Positions 61,487-64,000 of a DNA stretch of 64,000 bases are shown here, in pieces. Both the position numbers and the translations under genes were made by a program. Source of the stretch: Candidatus Krumholzibacteriia bacterium (GTDB lineage: Bacteria > Krumholzibacteriota > Krumholzibacteriia > LZORAL124-64-63). The stretch spans positions 4,210 through 68,209 of the forward strand of contig JANTFX010000005.1 of the NCBI GenBank assembly GCA_024763215.1, written 5' to 3'. The notes below the pieces were generated by a model that had not been told where the DNA came from, ran no database searches, and saw only the letters and a program-made list of their open reading frames with translations. How positions within the stretch are numbered: the first letter of the stretch is position 1; every line of letters starts with the position of its first letter.

Positions 61487-62467
61487 CTAGGCCACCCCCC
61501 TTGCCCGGTCGTGGTTCCCCCGCAGGGAGCGCCGGGTCAGCTCGATGAAGGTGTCTTCCAGGGAGAACACGGCCTCGCGCAGCTCGGTCAGCTCCCAGCC
61601 GTGCTGCTTACACAGGCGGTCCAGGGCGCCGATCAGGTCGCGGTCGAAGGGGCCGCGCACCTCGAAGCGGCTGCCCCGGTTGGCGTCCAGGTCGCGCACG
61701 GTCAGGGCCTTGACCTCGGTGACCTCGTCCAGGCCGCGCAGGGCCTCTTCCACGCCGCCGGGCGCGTTGCGCACCGCGAGGATCACCCGGTCGCTGCGCA
61801 TGGCTTCGCGCGCGAGCTTGTCGATATGACCGTCGGCGATGATCCGGCCCTCGTTGATGATGGCCACCCGGTCGGTCACCGGGCCGACCTCCTGCAGGAT
61901 GTGCGTGGAGAAGATGATGGTCTTGTGCCCGGCGAGGCTCTTGATCAGGTCGCGGATGCCGAGGATCTGCAGGGGGTCCAGACCGCTGGTGGGCTCGTCC
62001 AGGATCAGGATGTCCGGGTCGTGGATCAGCGCCTGCGCCAGGCCCGTGCGCTGCTTGAAGCCCTTGGACAGGTCGCCGATGGGCTTCTTGAATTCGGTGA
62101 CCAGGCCGCAGGCCTCGACGCACCAGTCCAGGCGCTGCTTCAGGCGCGCGCCGTCCAGGCCGCGGGCCCTGCCCACGAACGTCAGGTATTCCTGGACGTT
62201 CATGTCGGGATACAGGGGAACGTTTTCGGGCAGATAACCTATGCGGCCGCGCACGGCCAGCGGCTGCTCCAGGACGTCGATCCCATCGACCTTCACGGTG
62301 CCGGCATCGGGCGCGATGAAGGTGGTGATGATCTTCATGGTCGTGCTCTTGCCCGCGCCGTTGGGACCGAGGAAACCGAGGATTTCCCCCTTTTCGATCC
62401 TGAACGACACGTCATCGAGCGCGAGCGTTGTCCCGAAGCTCTTCGTGATGCCTTGGACTTCGATCAT
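61487..62467 (-). CDS. ABC transporter ATP-binding protein (GldA-like)
   Basis: Walker A GPNGAGKST, signature LSKGFKQR, Walker B ILILDEPTSGLD. Confidence 0.85.
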   Translation of the reverse strand: MIEVQGITKSFGTTLALDDVSFRIEKGEILGFLGPNGAGKSTTMKIITTFIAPDAGTVKVDGIDVLEQPLAVRGRIGYLPENVPLYPDMNVQEYLTFVGRARGLDGARLKQRLDWCVEACGLVTEFKKPIGDLSKGFKQRTGLAQALIHDPDILILDEPTSGLDPLQILGIRDLIKSLAGHKTIIFSTHILQEVGPVTDRVAIINEGRIIADGHIDKLAREAMRSDRVILAVRNAPGGVEEALRGLDEVTEVKALTVRDLDANRGSRFEVRGPFDRDLIGALDRLCKQHGWELTELREAVFSLEDTFIELTRRSLRGNHDRARGVA

Positions 62468-62610
62468 GACGAAGGCTCCTCAGGGGTTGGAAGAAGAACT
62501 GGGAAAACAGCAAAAAGGCTGCGCCAGACTACCAGCGCAACCGCGGGATAACAATGGGGAAAGGGGGAAGTTCCCGGGTGAGGTGGAAAAATTTCGGGCC
62601 TGCGGCGGCC

Positions 62611-64000
62611 TCAGCCGGATGTCCGGTCAATGATATCCCGGCCCTCCTGCAGGTAGTAGGCGCCGGCATGGGGGATGTCTATGTTCTGGCGGGATCCGCT
62701 GGGCCAGGTGACCGTGGCGCGGTACGGTCCGGAATCGGTGTTCACGCCGAAATGAACCGGCGCGACGGTGGAATTCCAGTAATGGGCCACACTCCGGACC
62801 TGCCGCGTCTGGATCCCGGCCGAGGTCCGCAATTCGATGCGGGCGCCCATGCCGTGGGGAGCCCATTTCCCGGTGGCCAACTCCAGGGTGATCCCCTTGT
62901 GGGCCGCATGGTTGGCGTAAAGCAGGCACAGGCCATCCCGCAGGGGGAAATCCTCCCGGCCACGGATCAGGACCAGATCCAGGTCGCCGTCGCGGTCCAG
63001 ATCCAGCGGCCAGGCTCCGCAGGGCAGGGCTGCCACATCCCCGCGGCCGCCCCAGGAGTCCGATACATCCTGGAAATTTCCGTCCCCGGTTCCTCTGGCC
63101 AGCAGGCTCGGCCGGGAATGGAATTGCCGGTCCTGCATCAGGACGTACAGGTCGAGGATGCCGTCGTTGTCGAAGTCCGCCAGCAGGGCCGAATCGAGTT
63201 CCTCCGCCAGGGGCAGGTGCTTCAGGTCCGGGCCGGGCCGGAAGCTCAGGTGGTTCGGGGTGCTCTCGTTCAACATGATCTGAACGCCGCCGAACCAGCG
63301 AAAGAGATACAGGATGTCCAGGTCCCCATCGTTGTCCACATCGCCCAGGACCACCTCGAGCAGGGTGTTCGCACGCCGGGGCAGACCGGCCTGGGCCGTC
63401 ATGTCGGTGAGGTTCCCTTGCCCGTCGTTGTGGAACAGGAAATGCCCGTCTCCGGCGAGGACAAGGTCGGTATAGCCGTCGTTGTCCATGTCTCCGGCAG
63501 CGGCTGCGGTGAGCCAGAAGCCGTGCCCGTCCTTCAGGTGGGCGCGCGGTGAAGCGGGGTCGAGGTAGGGGTTGACCATGGGGCTCCAGTTTTGCCAGGA
63601 CGAGCCGTCGAAGTGGAACAGCCGCGCCGGAGTCCGGTAATTGAGCACCAGGAGCTCGGGATACCGGTCGCCATCGAGGCGGACCCAGAGGGCCCCCCTG
63701 CCTCGCCCCCGGGGATCGCCCAGCGGATCGCCCACCCCCAGGGTGTCGTGGTATTTCCCGTCCCCGCCCCGGGACCATAAACGATTCACGCCGATGCCCT
63801 GGCCCCGGTGCGCCCCCAGGGTGGCGTACAGATCCCAGTCGCCGTCGCAATCGAAATCGCAGGCGGCGGTGCCGTGCTGGTCGACATCGAGGCAGGGCAG
63901 GACCGCGCAGCTGTCCATACGGGCGAAGGTGAGGCCGGGACGGGTCAGGTACACGCCCATGCCATGGCCGTGATGGTCGAGCAACAGGTCGAGCCGGCCG
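62611..64000 (-). CDS. CRTAC1-family protein (FG-GAP/VCBS repeats plus C-terminal ASPIC/UnbV domain), N-terminally truncated by the window edge
   Basis: Repeated DxDxDGDxD calcium-binding FG-GAP loops. The C-terminal block ...RQVRSVAHYWNSTVAPVHFGVN...TVTWPSG matches UnbV_ASPIC. The ORF is open to within 16 nt of the window end. Confidence 0.55.
   Translation of the reverse strand, partial: GRLDLLLDHHGHGMGVYLTRPGLTFARMDSCAVLPCLDVDQHGTAACDFDCDGDWDLYATLGAHRGQGIGVNRLWSRGGDGKYHDTLGVGDPLGDPRGRGRGALWVRLDGDRYPELLVLNYRTPARLFHFDGSSWQNWSPMVNPYLDPASPRAHLKDGHGFWLTAAAAGDMDNDGYTDLVLAGDGHFLFHNDGQGNLTDMTAQAGLPRRANTLLEVVLGDVDNDGDLDILYLFRWFGGVQIMLNESTPNHLSFRPGPDLKHLPLAEELDSALLADFDNDGILDLYVLMQDRQFHSRPSLLARGTGDGNFQDVSDSWGGRGDVAALPCGAWPLDLDRDGDLDLVLIRGREDFPLRDGLCLLYANHAAHKGITLELATGKWAPHGMGARIELRTSAGIQTRQVRSVAHYWNSTVAPVHFGVNTDSGPYRATVTWPSGSRQNIDIPHAGAYYLQEGRDIIDRTSG

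Overview
A 64 kb chromosomal segment with very high GC content (about 67 %) and dense gene packing. I call about 45 protein-coding genes and no tRNA, rRNA or CRISPR array.

Several proteins carry type IX secretion system (T9SS) C-terminal sorting domains of the PNPFNP...VYF.RL type. Together with a GldA/GldF/GldG-like ABC system, PEGA-repeat and lamin-tail-domain exoproteins, this points to an FCB-group-like or Gemmatimonadota-like bacterium, or a candidate phylum. That placement is tentative and rests on protein architectures only.

Main blocks:
- 1-7.4 kb: a tightly coupled plus-strand operon of two tandem membrane fatty-acid desaturases, an acyl carrier protein (ACP), a fatty acyl-AMP ligase (FAAL), a GNAT-fold acyltransferase, a sulfotransferase and a dihydroorotate/dihydropyrimidine-dehydrogenase-like (DHOD/DPD-like) Fe-S flavoprotein. 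I read this as a candidate biosynthetic cluster for a sulfated N-acyl lipid.
- 8-15 kb: a SAM methyltransferase, an oligopeptidase B and a 1173-aa subtilisin (S8) protease with seven PKD domains and a T9SS C-terminal domain.
- 14.5-21 kb: rho, placed 17 bp behind a 1120-aa glycoside hydrolase family 13 (GH13) protein, and an acyclic-terpene-utilisation AtuA-family protein with a fused DUF4387 domain.
- 21-25 kb: a secreted protein, then a DUF3137-LemA-phosphoglucomutase-like operon.
- 25-35.4 kb: exoproteins followed by a fatty-acid beta-oxidation operon (3-hydroxyacyl-CoA dehydrogenase/enoyl-CoA hydratase, thiolase, acyl-CoA dehydrogenase). A divergent TetR-family regulator and a FadR-like palindromic operator sit on its sigma70-like promoter.
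- 36-41 kb: a NifX-like protein with two MinD-type ferredoxin-containing ATPases, and a PAS hybrid histidine kinase.
- 41-50.7 kb: methylmalonyl-CoA mutase small and large subunits, a metzincin-like lipoprotein, meaB with a Gly/Asn tandem-repeat insertion, and cysS with a zinc-ribbon insertion.
- 50.7-52 kb: a low-GC cassette encoding a DUF222/HNH endonuclease, flanked by 44-bp direct repeats. This looks like a REP13E12-like selfish or mobile element.
- 52-57.8 kb: a minus-strand cluster homologous to the enigmatic E. coli ygeW-ygeY-ssnA island (knotted carbamoyltransferase, M20 peptidase, SsnA-like amidohydrolase), plus a zinc-ribbon threonine-synthase-family (ThrC-family) PLP-dependent enzyme.
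- 58-64 kb: a GldA/GldF/GldG/DUF4340 ABC transporter operon and a partial CRTAC1-like FG-GAP/ASPIC (UnbV) protein.

Many long alternative-frame ORFs in the supplied track are GC-driven shadow ORFs and were rejected.
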